DNA from: a virus
Taxonomy: Duplodnaviria > Caudoviricetes
Length of the DNA: 64,000 bases
Direction: 5' to 3' (one strand)
IMG/VR virus record: IMGVR_UViG_3300021963_007290
Location: 38,867-102,866 of that record
Below, in pieces: positions 26,375-39,100 of this stretch; position 1 is the first letter of the stretch, and the number at the start of each line of letters is the position of its first letter. The notes beneath the pieces were generated by a model. The model saw only the letters and a list, made by a program, of their open reading frames with translations, was not told where the DNA came from and did not search any database. The translations under genes were made by a program, and so were the position numbers.

Positions 26375-26448
26375 CGGGATGTAGCTCAGTTTGGTAGAGC
26401 ACTCGCTTTGGGAGCGAGATGCCGTAGGTTCAAATCCTATCATCCCGA
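26375..26448 (+). tRNA. trnP: tRNA-Pro(TGG)
   Basis: Acceptor CGGGATG/CATCCCG, anticodon arm CTCGC-TTTGGGA-GCGAG. Confidence 0.92.
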
Positions 26449-26467
26449 CTTATCAAACTATCGTCAA

Positions 26468-26626
26468 ATGAAAATTAATCTCTGGTATTGTAAAGATATG
26501 AACCTGTGGAGATGGTCTCTTATTGACGATAGAAGACCAATATGCAAACAAGAAACTGGTCAAAGAGAAGATCTTAGATTGGCAATGCAAGATATTGCCG
26601 ACACTGTAGAATATTTAATAAAGTAA
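26468..26626 (+). CDS. small hypothetical phage protein (52 aa)
   Basis: MKINLWYCKDMNLWRWSL...; ATG at 26468 lies just after tRNA-Pro. Confidence 0.65.
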   Translation: MKINLWYCKDMNLWRWSLIDDRRPICKQETGQREDLRLAMQDIADTVEYLIK

Positions 26627-26688
26627 AAATAACTTTCTATTTTATTTTCGACTAAATAATCAGTAACGAAAACAAGTACGTTAATAAA

Positions 26689-29600
26689 ATGGGTCTCTCT
26701 AGATTAAGCAATTTTCTGAAGAATGTAAAGGGAAATATCATTTATGTGGATCCAAATAGTTTAGATTCTACAGATAGTACTGAAAATCAAGGAAACTCTT
26801 TAACAAGACCTTTTAAAACAATACAAAGGGCACTTATTGAAGCAGCAAGATTTTCCTATCAAAGAGGGAAAAGAAACGATAGATTCTTAAAAACTACTAT
26901 TTTATTATATCCTGGAGAACACTACATTGATAATAGACCTGGATGGATTCCATCTGGTCAAGATGTATTTACAATTAGAAATGGACTCACAGTAAATGGA
27001 AGCCTTGAATGGGATTTCCAAACAAATTTTGATATCTTCGATTCAACCAATGATCTTTATAAATTAAATAGCGTTTATGGTGGTGTTATAGTTCCAAGGG
27101 GAACTTCTATTGTTGGAATGGATCTTAGAAAAACAAAACTAAGACCTCTTTATATTCCAAATCCAGAACTTGATGATGTAGCAAGAACTGCCTTGTTTAG
27201 AGTAACTGGTGGATGTTATTTCTGGCAATTTACTGTTTTGGATGGAGATCCAAATGGATTTTGCTTTAAAGATTATACTTCAAATCAAACCGTACCAAAT
27301 TATTCTCACCATAAATTAACAGTATTTGAATATGCTGATGGTGTAAATTCTGTAAAAATTGATGATGAATTTTTAACATATTCAACCGATAGATCTGATC
27401 TTGAAATATATTATCAAAAAGTCGGATTAGTTTATGGTCAAGGAAATGGTAGGCCAATTAGTCCAGATTATCCAGAAGAAGTTGATATTGATGCGGTAAT
27501 TGATGAATATAGAGTTGTTGGTACGAAGGGTCTTGAGGTTGGAATCACAAGTATAAGATCTGGAAATGGAATTGTAGGAACAACTGAAGTTACTGTATTT
27601 TTAGATTCTGCTATTAATGAACTAAGCGTTGATACACCAATTCAAATTAGAGGTGTATCTGAACCTGGATATGTGGGGCAATATGCAGTCGCAGAAGTTA
27701 TAGATGAGCAAACATTTAAATATATTATTTCATCAGTTCCAGATGAAATAAATCCAGATGCTTCTGGAGCAACTTTGAATATTACTGTTGATACAGTAAG
27801 TTCTGCATCTCCATACATATTCAACTGTTCATTGCGATCAGTTTTTGGTATGTGTGGTTTACATGCCGATGGAAATAGTGCCACTGGATTTAAGAGTATG
27901 GTTGTGGCACAATATACTGGCATTGGTCTACAAAAGGATGACAAAGCTTTTGTTAGGTATGATAAAACTTCTGGAATTTACATTGAAGGAGATACCGGAG
28001 ATAATTCTCATAATAATTCATTATCGAGATTTAAACCTGAGTACGAAAACTATCATATTAAAGCATCTAACAATGCTTTCTTACAGTTAGTTTCTGTTTT
28101 TGCTATTGGTTTTGCCAATCATTTTCTTGCCGAATCTGGTGGTGATCATTCAATTACAAACTCCAACTCAAACTTTGGAGCCAAATCACTTGTTTCAAAG
28201 GGATTTAGAAATGAATCATTTGTTAGAGATGACTGTGGATATATAACTCACATTGTAACTCCAAAATCTATTGATTCTAATGAAGAAACTATTTCCTTCC
28301 TGCCAATAGATATTGAAAAAACGGTATCTAATGGACTTCCAGAAAGATTATATTTGTATAATGAAACAAATAAAAATAATCCCCCAAACATCGTATTAGA
28401 TGGTTATAGGGTTGGAGGATCAAATAGTGAGAAATTGTATTTGCAAATTATAGATCCTGTTTCTGGTCCTTCTGTTTATTCTGCAGATGTCATAATGGGA
28501 GGCACTGAGAATAATCCAGGTAATAATACTGTAGGAAGAAACATTTATAATATCAGTGGAGAAAAAAGATATAGAGTAGGTAGAAGTTCTTCTGGAATTA
28601 ATACTATTACGAATAATACTTTCTACATGAATGAGGAGCATTCATTTAAATCTGGAGAATCTGTATATGTTGTTCCATCTTCTTCTGGAGGTTTACCTGA
28701 TGGAATAAAACCAGGAATTAAATACTATGCTACTGTGGTAGATGCCTTAAATCCAAATTTTGAATTCAGATTATCGACTACAGAAAAATCAGCTGAGCTT
28801 GGTGTTGATATAGTTTCAGTAAATAATAAAGGTGGAATTCTTGATATTATTAGTAGAGCAGTAGATAAACTTCCTGGACAAACTGGTTCTCCAATTCAAT
28901 GGGATGGAACTCAATGGTACATAGTATGTAACCCTGTTACCAATTCAATTTTCTCTAAGTTGGATGATTTATATCCAAATACATCAGCATCATCTTCAAA
29001 AACATTCATAAAAAGAATAAAAGATAATAGAGATAATACGGATAAAATTTATAAATTGAGGTATGTAATTCCAAAAGAAAATATATTTACATGTAGACCA
29101 CCATTAGATGGATATATTATTCAAGAATCATCGAGTACTGGATTATCCGACAGTCAGGAATCATCCTTATATTTTGCCACAGGAACACAAACTTTAACCA
29201 ACCCAACATTATTAAGAAATCCAAAATTTATTGCAAGTTCTTCCTGGGGTTCTAACTTAGTAACTATAACTACAGAACTCCCACATGATTTAAAAGTTGG
29301 ATCTGAGGTTTCAATTTATAATATAGTAAGTACAAATAATTTAGATGGCTCTGATAATTTAGGATATAATGGAACTTTTGTAGTATTTTCTGTACTAAAT
29401 TCAAAGCAATTTACTTATACTCTGAAAGAAAATCCTGGAACATTTGGAAATGATGTGAATCAAAGATCAAATCCAGATTTACTTCCAAGATTTGTAAATA
29501 GATCATTTAAAACAACGTATCAAATTTATAAGACAGAAGAAATTCAACAATATGAACAAAATAGTAAGGATGGAATTTATTACCTGACTGTAATAAATTG

Positions 29601-32600
29601 CTCAAACAATCCATCAGTAACTCCATTTATTAGTGAAAGTTTTTCTCAACCCATTCAGTATCTTTATCCTCAATTAAATAGAGATAATCCAGAATCCAAT
29701 CCACAATCTTCCATTTCTTTTGCACTCCCAGATCCAATAGGGGAAGTATCTATTAATGATCCAAGAAGAAGCATTACCAAAGAAACGTTAAACAAATCAA
29801 TATTGGATTTAAATATTGGTATTGGAATAACTGATATTACTTCTTCATCCGGAACAGCTCATACAATATATACAGAAAAAGAACATAATTTAAATTCAAT
29901 TACAAATTTAAATATTTCTAATGCTGGTCAATATTATCAAAATGGAACCTACTACAATATTCCTTTAGTATCAGCAGCTAATTCTACCACTGGATCAAAT
30001 GCTACTGCCATAATTACAATAAGTGCTGGAGGTGCTGTCTCATCTATTAGAATTATGGATGGGGGAAGTGCTTATGGAATTGGAAATACATTGACTCCAG
30101 TAGGATTAACAACTTTACCAAATAGCCTTTGGACTTCAGCAAATACTCCATATTTTACTGTCACTGGAATAAACACATGTGTTGGAAGTGTTCTATCAAT
30201 TTCCGGTATTTCAACACATAATGATGTAAAATTCCCAGGAATTAAGGAATATAATTTAAACTACATTATAACTTCAATCCCAGTAGGTGGTACGAAATCT
30301 ATCGTAGTACAATCCGAAAAGACAATACCAAATTATTTACCTAGAATTGGACAGGCATGTAATAATGCAATTGCGGTAAACATAGGAACAAGAACACCTG
30401 TATCTAGTATACAATATACTCCATCCACAGGAATAGCAACTGTTGGATTTACAACTAGTCATACTTATAGAGTAGGATCTCTAATCTCATTATATGGTGC
30501 TAGTGATTCATTCTATAATAATAAAAACTTCTATGTTACAGATTTAAATAGTCAGTTATCTGTAAGAGTGGATATGGGCAAATCTACTACCACTCCAACA
30601 AGTGGTGGAACTATATTTGCTTTACCTTCTGGATTTAATGCTAATAGGGGAGACATTGTTCCAGAAAGAGAAATAAAATCTGCAAGGTTGATGTATTACT
30701 ATGATAATTTCAAGACCAATGTAAGAAATCAATTGAATAGCAACTCATCATCAGATCTTGAAGTTTATAGTGTATCAAATAGTGGATTGAAGGTAGGTGA
30801 TTATCTTTTAGTTTCTGGATCAGATCCTGCAGATTCAAATTCTGATAGTTATGAAATAATGAGAATTGCAAAGCCAGTTTCTGGAACTCAAATTAATGTT
30901 ATTAGAGGTCTTTTGGGGACAAAAAGAAAAACTCATAATGTCAATGATGTTGTCGAACGAATTAAAATTAAACCTGTAGAGTTTAGACGCAATTCAATTA
31001 TTCGTGCATCTGGACATACATTTGAATACTTGGGATTTGGTCCAGGTAATTATTCTACAGGACTTCCAGAAAGACAAGATAGAATTCTTTCTCCGCAAGA
31101 AGAAATTCTTTCTCAATCTACTAAGGTAAATGGTGGAACAATTTTATATTCTGCCATGAATAGTGATGGTGATTTTTATAATAATAATAGAAAATTAACT
31201 AGTAGTGGAAAGGATCAGATATTTGAAACTCCAATACCAACAGTATCTGGAGAAGAGCCTTTAGAATTAATCACCGAAGGTGGTTACAATCTAGTAACTT
31301 CGGAAGAAACTATAATATCGAGATCATTAAAAGTTTCAGGAGGTCCAGAATCAAACTTAATTTCTGAATTTAGTGGTCCTGTAGTTTTTAATAAAAAAAT
31401 ATCTTCCAATTCTGAAGATGGAGTAGAAGCTAAGAAAATATCATTAAAGGGAGAATTGGATATTCCAAGAGAAATAGGAATATCAACATCTATTCCCGTT
31501 TTACCAGGAACAGTCGGTGACATAACATATAATGCTTCTCCAAAATTAAATGATAACGTTGGATGGATCTACACGGAAGATGATAAATGGGAAAAATTTG
31601 GATGGGTAAATGATGAATTATATGGTGTGGTTGCTGGTGTTGGAAACGATATAAATCCATCACAAGTTTTACAATTTGCAGGAAATGGAATATCAGTTGC
31701 AAATGCGTATGATTCAAATACTGGAATAACTACTGTAACATTTTCTTCCGATTTAGAAGCTGCAAACCAAATTGGACTTGTTACTGGAACGGACAGTCAA
31801 ACATATCCAGATAGTTCAAGTTCTGGTGGCAATTGGGTTGATTCTTCATCAGGATCTCCAGTTATTAATAATCAGTATCAAGTTCCTATTATAAAATTTG
31901 TCGGATCTGATGTTGGTTTTGGATTTAAAATCACTTCAGAGTATGGATTTGTAAATGGAGTTGGTGTTGGAACTGTTAAATTTGAAAGTCCACTCAGACC
32001 TTTAAATTTTGGAAGATCTACTAATCTAGCAGATTATCCAAGCGGTGGTCTTGGACTTCCTACAATAAACACATTTAGTGTAGGAACAAGAATAATCTTA
32101 GATAATACTTTAAATAGTGCATCTACAAATTATGCGATTGGAAGAAATTCTTCCGACCTTTGGTTTAGCACATCTGATTTTGGAGCTACAACTCCAAGTG
32201 GATATAGATTTTATACAGGAACAACTCAATTAGCATATTTGGCATCTTCTACTGTCAGTTCATCAGTAGGAGGAGGAGTAACATTCTCCGTATTTGGAGA
32301 CATATATGCATATGGAAGATCAGGTAGCAATGCTGGAAATATTGTTGCATCTGGTGCATTAGTATCGAGAATAGAAGGTGCTAATGAACCAGTAAGTGTT
32401 GCCTCTTCTTTCTTATGTGATACATTAAACGTTGCGTATCTTAATGGATATCCAGCAGGAACTCCCAATGTACAAAATACAATACCAGTGAGAACTGTTG
32501 ATATCAATACAAGAATAATAGAAGGTGTTACTGTTCAACCAAATCAAACGGTAATAGCAGGAGTTTCTACTGGATTAATTGATAGTGCCGGATTTGCTAG

Positions 32601-33096
32601 AAATGGAGCATTCTTCCAAAATATTTTAAATATAACTGGATATCAAGTTTTTAAAAGGGAGGGTGATTATTCAAGTGGAGTTTCAACCTTTACTAATGTA
32701 TGTGAAATAACTAACGTAGTTCCAACATCGACAACTCCAGATGTAAATGGAATTATAAATTTAAATTATAGAGATGGGGCGGTTGCTAGATATTCTGGAA
32801 ATGGATTCAGTAGTTTTAATATTTTAAATATTACTAATGTTCCTGGATCTGGTGGAGTAGCTCCAAATAGATCATTTAATTTTACTTTAATCGTAGATCC
32901 TACGACTTCAACAACGCTTCCAACTGCATTAAGAATAGATAATACTAATGTTACAAACTTGAGATGGTTAAATGGTAACAAACCACCTTCTTCTGGAAAT
33001 TCTCCCGGATTATCTTATGTTATTGGATTTACAATAACAATTACTTCATCTGGTGGAACATCAGCTCTTGGAGTGTATAGTTCATACTCCGTCTAA
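26689..33096 (+). CDS. large virion structural/fibre protein with beta-helix core (2135 aa)
   Basis: N-cap YVDPN...NQGNSLTRPFKTIQRAL, SPYIFNCS, SITNSNSNFG and IIRASGHTFEYLG shared with downstream paralogues; CTAAATA late-promoter-like motif at 26652. Confidence 0.75.
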   Translation: MGLSRLSNFLKNVKGNIIYVDPNSLDSTDSTENQGNSLTRPFKTIQRALIEAARFSYQRGKRNDRFLKTTILLYPGEHYIDNRPGWIPSGQDVFTIRNGLTVNGSLEWDFQTNFDIFDSTNDLYKLNSVYGGVIVPRGTSIVGMDLRKTKLRPLYIPNPELDDVARTALFRVTGGCYFWQFTVLDGDPNGFCFKDYTSNQTVPNYSHHKLTVFEYADGVNSVKIDDEFLTYSTDRSDLEIYYQKVGLVYGQGNGRPISPDYPEEVDIDAVIDEYRVVGTKGLEVGITSIRSGNGIVGTTEVTVFLDSAINELSVDTPIQIRGVSEPGYVGQYAVAEVIDEQTFKYIISSVPDEINPDASGATLNITVDTVSSASPYIFNCSLRSVFGMCGLHADGNSATGFKSMVVAQYTGIGLQKDDKAFVRYDKTSGIYIEGDTGDNSHNNSLSRFKPEYENYHIKASNNAFLQLVSVFAIGFANHFLAESGGDHSITNSNSNFGAKSLVSKGFRNESFVRDDCGYITHIVTPKSIDSNEETISFLPIDIEKTVSNGLPERLYLYNETNKNNPPNIVLDGYRVGGSNSEKLYLQIIDPVSGPSVYSADVIMGGTENNPGNNTVGRNIYNISGEKRYRVGRSSSGINTITNNTFYMNEEHSFKSGESVYVVPSSSGGLPDGIKPGIKYYATVVDALNPNFEFRLSTTEKSAELGVDIVSVNNKGGILDIISRAVDKLPGQTGSPIQWDGTQWYIVCNPVTNSIFSKLDDLYPNTSASSSKTFIKRIKDNRDNTDKIYKLRYVIPKENIFTCRPPLDGYIIQESSSTGLSDSQESSLYFATGTQTLTNPTLLRNPKFIASSSWGSNLVTITTELPHDLKVGSEVSIYNIVSTNNLDGSDNLGYNGTFVVFSVLNSKQFTYTLKENPGTFGNDVNQRSNPDLLPRFVNRSFKTTYQIYKTEEIQQYEQNSKDGIYYLTVINCSNNPSVTPFISESFSQPIQYLYPQLNRDNPESNPQSSISFALPDPIGEVSINDPRRSITKETLNKSILDLNIGIGITDITSSSGTAHTIYTEKEHNLNSITNLNISNAGQYYQNGTYYNIPLVSAANSTTGSNATAIITISAGGAVSSIRIMDGGSAYGIGNTLTPVGLTTLPNSLWTSANTPYFTVTGINTCVGSVLSISGISTHNDVKFPGIKEYNLNYIITSIPVGGTKSIVVQSEKTIPNYLPRIGQACNNAIAVNIGTRTPVSSIQYTPSTGIATVGFTTSHTYRVGSLISLYGASDSFYNNKNFYVTDLNSQLSVRVDMGKSTTTPTSGGTIFALPSGFNANRGDIVPEREIKSARLMYYYDNFKTNVRNQLNSNSSSDLEVYSVSNSGLKVGDYLLVSGSDPADSNSDSYEIMRIAKPVSGTQINVIRGLLGTKRKTHNVNDVVERIKIKPVEFRRNSIIRASGHTFEYLGFGPGNYSTGLPERQDRILSPQEEILSQSTKVNGGTILYSAMNSDGDFYNNNRKLTSSGKDQIFETPIPTVSGEEPLELITEGGYNLVTSEETIISRSLKVSGGPESNLISEFSGPVVFNKKISSNSEDGVEAKKISLKGELDIPREIGISTSIPVLPGTVGDITYNASPKLNDNVGWIYTEDDKWEKFGWVNDELYGVVAGVGNDINPSQVLQFAGNGISVANAYDSNTGITTVTFSSDLEAANQIGLVTGTDSQTYPDSSSSGGNWVDSSSGSPVINNQYQVPIIKFVGSDVGFGFKITSEYGFVNGVGVGTVKFESPLRPLNFGRSTNLADYPSGGLGLPTINTFSVGTRIILDNTLNSASTNYAIGRNSSDLWFSTSDFGATTPSGYRFYTGTTQLAYLASSTVSSSVGGGVTFSVFGDIYAYGRSGSNAGNIVASGALVSRIEGANEPVSVASSFLCDTLNVAYLNGYPAGTPNVQNTIPVRTVDINTRIIEGVTVQPNQTVIAGVSTGLIDSAGFARNGAFFQNILNITGYQVFKREGDYSSGVSTFTNVCEITNVVPTSTTPDVNGIINLNYRDGAVARYSGNGFSSFNILNITNVPGSGGVAPNRSFNFTLIVDPTTSTTLPTALRIDNTNVTNLRWLNGNKPPSSGNSPGLSYVIGFTITITSSGGTSALGVYSSYSV

Positions 33097-33130
33097 AATC
33101 AATAATATATAATATAAATTAAGAGATAAA

Positions 33131-36100
33131 ATGGCTTTTTACGGTTCTGCCTCAGCGAATTTATCACCAATTTTATTTAAAGGAAATTTATTTTCTGAGG
33201 GTGTAAATATTGTAATGCATAGTGATGTTTCACTATCAATGAGTATCCCCTCGCCAATATCTGCTGCTAGTACTAATTATACAATAGCACCAAGAACAAC
33301 AGGAAATTTTGATAATTTTTCGGCAAATTATAGAAACAGTCCTTTTTATGATGGAATATTTCCAGCATATTTGCAGCAATATTTAATTAAAAATAAAGTT
33401 GGTGATTCTTCCAGATCTCCAAATTTATATTCATATTTCGATTCGTCTCCAAGAAGAATTCCAGCATCTGATGGGACAGATCTTTCACCAAAACAATTTA
33501 CAGTAGAAAATACAGAGAATTATACATTTTCAGATGCTTCGATACTTGCAAGAGATACTATATCGGTAGCAAATTATCCAAATTTAGGAAATTTAAAAGA
33601 TACAAAAACATTTTACGACTTTTGGAGAAACAGATATATTGATATAAATTTTAGATCTGCGAGTCAAAGTTTTACATCGACTTATCCATTCAATATAGCA
33701 GCTTTTAACTCTAGATTGTCAGGAGTTGATAGTGTTCAATCATCTATAACATTATATGATAGCACCGTAAATAATAATTCTGCAAGATTATCATATTATT
33801 CCGAAGACGTTCAAGGAAATATTCTATCAATTTATTATAGTGGAATTAGTTCTTCTCCCTCAGTGAAAATCCAAGGTACTGAATTAATTGAAGGAGACAT
33901 TAGTAAATCTCTTATAGGTGGTGATTTATACAAAATACCTAGAAGAAAATTACCAACGTATTTAATTACAGCTTCTAATGAACAAGATAATGCTGCAGCA
34001 GACATAAGTTCTACTACATTTCAAGCAAGATCTAATGTTGGTTATTCTACAGATAAATATGGATTTAGTTCTCAGGGATTATATGCTAGGAGATACAGAG
34101 GTTGTATAGCAAACGTAACTTGGAACTCGGTAATTAAAAAATCGGGAAATGATTATCAAGCTGGAAGTGAACAATATCAAGCATGGATTAACGAATATGC
34201 AGTTCCTCTCCCATTTGGATCTATTACTTCTGGCATAGGAGAAGATGCTTATGGTGTAAATTGGTTTAATAATGGTAGAACTATATCTAGTAATCCATCA
34301 TATACTGGAAATGTTAGATTCACACTTGATATTGGAGGAACTTCACAAGTTCAATATTATTATCAAAGTGGATCTAATTATTTTTATGAGCCAACATATC
34401 CCACAAATACTAGCAATACCGATGTTGAATTTCCCAATGCATATGTTCCCCCCTTCTTGAAGACACTTGCAAATTATGATGTTAATTTTAATCCAGCAGC
34501 AACCGGCACCTCAACTAATTTAACTCAACGAGCAGTAACGGACAGAAACAGATACGGTGCATTTTGGGGACCATTTAATTCTATTGATAGAATAAGATCC
34601 GATATTCAAAATTATACAATAATGATTATTGGATATTTTAGACCTCCTTCTAGTGGAATTTATAAATTTAAACTGACTAATTGCGGACCATGTGCAATTT
34701 GGATTTCAAGTGACGCAAGATTAGTTCCATCAGGAACTACTTGGACTACTGCATCTAGTGTTTTAAATGATGAAGATGTATACAGTAGATGGAATAATCC
34801 ATCTACTGCGACACTTGCTTCTCCTCAAACTACAGCAGCTAGATATTTGGCATCTAATCCAGGACCATCAGATTCAATTGATGATTGGAACTCTGTCTAT
34901 GGATCTGATCCGCAAATCGTAAGTGATTATCTTGAAATGACGGGAGGAAGATATTATCCAATAAGAATTATATTTTCAAATCCTGGAAATGAGCTTCTAA
35001 CGGGGTCTGATAGTAATGGATTCTCAGTACCAAACTCTGCAGGAGAGATAAGTTGCGATGGTACTGCATTATCGTCACAACTCAACCCAAGCTTTTTAAG
35101 ATTATTGGTTTCAAATGCAAAAACAAAACCAGACCCTACTCAATCTTTACCTTCAATTCTTGATACTGAATGGAATCTTAGTACTATAGGCGGAACACCA
35201 ATTTTCTATGGTGGATTGGATGTATGGAAGTATGGGTCTCCATTTTTTCCATTACCTGTAACTCCTATTAATAAAACTATTAAATCTGAAATAGTCGAAA
35301 GAAATTTAAGAGTAATATCACTATCCTCTTATGATTCTGATGATGGTTATGATGGAGTATTTTTCCTTGAAAAACCAGAAGTTTCGGCAGAAAATCAAAG
35401 ATATAGATATATAACTTTATCTGGAGATGATTATAAAAAATCTGATCGTCCTAATCCACCTTCAGATACAAACTGGAGATTTGGAAAATACTTTACTCCA
35501 ATCACATATTCCATAAGTAATCCAACAATAGTAAGTGGTTCTGGTGCTAATTTATCTTTAAATGTTACAAGATTAAATGATAGATATTTAACCTCTGCAT
35601 CTTCTGGTGGAGTGGGATTTAAAACCGGAGATAGAATAAGAGTTTCTAATACCTCTCTTGGAGGAAATGCTGCATTAAATGATCTATTGCTATCGGTTTC
35701 AAATGTAGTTTCTGAATCATATACAGAAACAGGAAATCTTGAAGGTAGTACAAGAACCGATTTACCTTCATTTTTTGTATTTAAAAATGAAGATGGCAAC
35801 AATGTTGCAGATTATACTGTAAAAGTTAATACAGCAGACGCAGGATCTGGTTATTCTGTTGGAGATAGATTAATTATATCTGGAAATCTTCTTGATGGTA
35901 GCAGTGTTAATGATATTAACATAAGAGTTGATCAAGTTGGTGCTGGTGGAACAATCATTGCCATAACACCTATTTTGGGAGCAACAAATTATGGAAGTCC
36001 CACAAACAGAATTGGATACACTGTCGATTTAAATGAATTCAATCCAATAGGATATTCATCAGTTTCATTCAGTTACAATCCATGTACAATTGGATATAGA

Positions 36101-39100
36101 TTTAATAATATATCTGGAGCTGCATATTCAACTGCATCCATAACAGGAATTTCTTATACAACTCTTCCAGTAACTGGTGCTGCTTATAGTTCATTTTCAA
36201 TAACTGGGATTGCATATACTACTGGAAGTATTGTAAGTATTGGATATTCTACTGCAGACATAGTTAGTATTGCATATACATCAAGAAGTATCACAAGTAT
36301 TGGATATTCTGCCGTCAGTATAACTGGAATTGCTTATACAAATGCCGATATTGTTTCAATAGGATATAGTTCTGCTTCTGTAACTGCCATAGGATACACC
36401 TCTCCCCAGGTTGTGAGTATTGGATATACCGCATTTGGAGTTGATAATATTTCATATCCAGAATCTATTACTATATCATCTATAGTTGATACGGGTGGAA
36501 ATCCTGGAAATACAAATGTTGAAATTACTTTAACTGGTGCTCCAGATTTGCAAGTAAATCCAATCGTATCCCCTAACGGATTTGTGATTATTTCCGGAAC
36601 AGGAGATTCAAGAATTGACGGAAGAAGAGAGGTAGCATCTATTGTTAATGCCAATACACTTGAAATTATACCACAAACTCCAATAACTTCAACATTATTA
36701 ATATCTCCTTTATTTGCAAAATTAATAGTTGAAGATGATAATATTGCAGGAAATCCAGTAGGATATGGATCAACAGCATTATTAACAACAACAACTAATC
36801 ATACTTTTAATGTTGGCGACTCTATTATTGTAAGAGGAGTTCAAAACCCACAGTATACGAGTTGGAATTCTACCTTTGTTATTGAAGGAGTAGACAGTCC
36901 AACTTCAGTTTGGCTGCAAAATACAGGAACGGTGGGATTATTTACTGCAACAACTCTTGGGCAAGAAGTTGGAGTAGGTCTTACCGTTGGATATGACCAG
37001 TCAGAATTGCAATTAGAAATAGAAAGACCAGTTCCATATCAACTTGAAGTTGGAATGGGAATAACTGTTTTTGGTGTTACGGGAGAATCGGCAATTTATA
37101 ATAATGGTTATGTAGTCAGATCTATTTTAGCGTCTGATGGAAGCGGTCCATATAAGTTTGATCTTCTTCAAGATCAAACTCCAACACAACTTGCATTATC
37201 AGGAAGCACTGGAAGAGTAGGAATTCATACAATCTCTGGAATTGCAACGGTAACATCTACATCTGTATTTGGAATTCCTGGAGATTTAATTAACTTAAAA
37301 ATAGAAAATTCTCCAAGTTCTTTCTTCAATCAAGTATTTGATGGTGCTGTTATTCTCGATTCATCAAGAATCCTTCTGGGACCTGATAGCTATAGAAATT
37401 CAACAACACCAAATCCACAAGAATATGCAAGCATCAATACTAATCCCTCCACTCTTTCTGGTAGAGTAGGATCACCTTTACAAATTATATACAATAATTT
37501 AACAGCAGGATATACATTTAAGGTTAATGATACAATAGATGTATATAATTGCTCCGAACCATCATATAATACGGTTCCAAATAGTATTCCAATATCTTAT
37601 TATACTATCAGTTCAATTGATAGTATCTTTGGTCAATCAGTTCTGACTTTAACTAAGGTTTCGACAGCAAGCACAATATTCTCTTCAGTTGGACTAAGTG
37701 GCAAAATAGGTGTCAGAGGATTACCTCCAATTGTCACAACGTCTACAGTAAGCGGATTATCAACTGTCTTTGGATCTGTTGGACAAAATATTCAATTTGC
37801 AATTAAAAATTCGTTAAAACAAAATTTAAATTCAGATTTGATCACTTACAATGGAAGAATAATCTCATCCGATCAAATTTTAGTGACTTCTCCAGCAGCT
37901 GCAAATCCTCTTGAACGAAATGATAATTATAACGTAGTAGGATCTGGAGGAACAGTTGGTCTTTCTGGCGCAAAATTGAGGGTTATAACTTCCACTAATC
38001 ATGGATTTGTCGTGGGAAATTCTGTAAGGTTACAGAACATTGCAGATCAACCAATATATAACGGAACTTATATTGTAGATAGAATTGTAAATTCCAATAC
38101 TTTTGAGGTTGATACAACACCATCTACAACTTGGACTCCTAGCACTACTTATGACCGTGCAGGAACTTCTGGACTGGTTGGATTACGTGCCAATGCTGTA
38201 GTTACAACCTTAGCAAGTCATCCATTTATTAATGGCAATGAAGTCAAAATTCAAAGTACAGGAAACTCGGACTTTGATAATAAGACATATTTCGTTCAAA
38301 TTATAGATTCGACTAAATTTACTTTACAATCAACTTCTGCTGATCCTTATACTGATGACTTTACAACTGCTGGGGCACTTAATGGAATAGTGGGTCTTTT
38401 AAACTATCCAGCTACAGTGCAATATAGTTCATCATATGTTTTTAATACTAATGACAAAGTTTCAATCGCAAATACTACAAAAACATATGGAACTTCAAAC
38501 GGAAGATATACAATAACCAGAATTGACAATTCAAGATTTACCTTAGACGTTAATGCAGACAGTGCTACTGATATATCATCTAAGGATACATCTGGACTAA
38601 TTGGATTAATGAATGCAAGACCTGTTGTAACTTATGTTACTAATCATTTCGGAAATATAAACACAGATTTAAAAATAAAAACTAATGATAGTATAAAAAT
38701 TCAATCAACTGGATTATCTCAATTTGACAATATAGTATTTACAGCAACTTTAATTGCAAATGGAGATCCAAATGGAACGTTTGGAATATCTGGTAATAAT
38801 ATTGAAAATTCTTTTACAAGTTTATCTCAACCCAATTTCACCTCTTTCACTGGATCCGCTATTGGTGGATTAATAGGATCAAGATTAAGAATTAGATCTG
38901 TTGGTCACAATTTAAGTGCTACTGGAACAGTAAGAATCCAAGGAACACAATCTAATCAATTTGATGGAAATGCTACCTATACTGTTTTTGATTCCAATAA
39001 TATTGATTTAACTAATAATTCTAGTGATAGCACCACTGATTTTACTAAAACTGAGGGAAGTTCCTCTCTTGCAAGATTGGGTCCGCATGGATATCCTGCT

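Noticed and set aside
26139-26467. 87-aa minus-strand ORF and the TTG-start extension of the 26408 ORF
   Set aside because: Both overlap tRNA-Thr/tRNA-Pro. The credible start is ATG 26468.
36110-36469. 30-nt periodic array considered as a CRISPR array or DGR template
   Set aside because: The repeats are conserved at protein level with synonymous divergence. There is no repeat-spacer alternation, and no cas or reverse transcriptase gene in the window.
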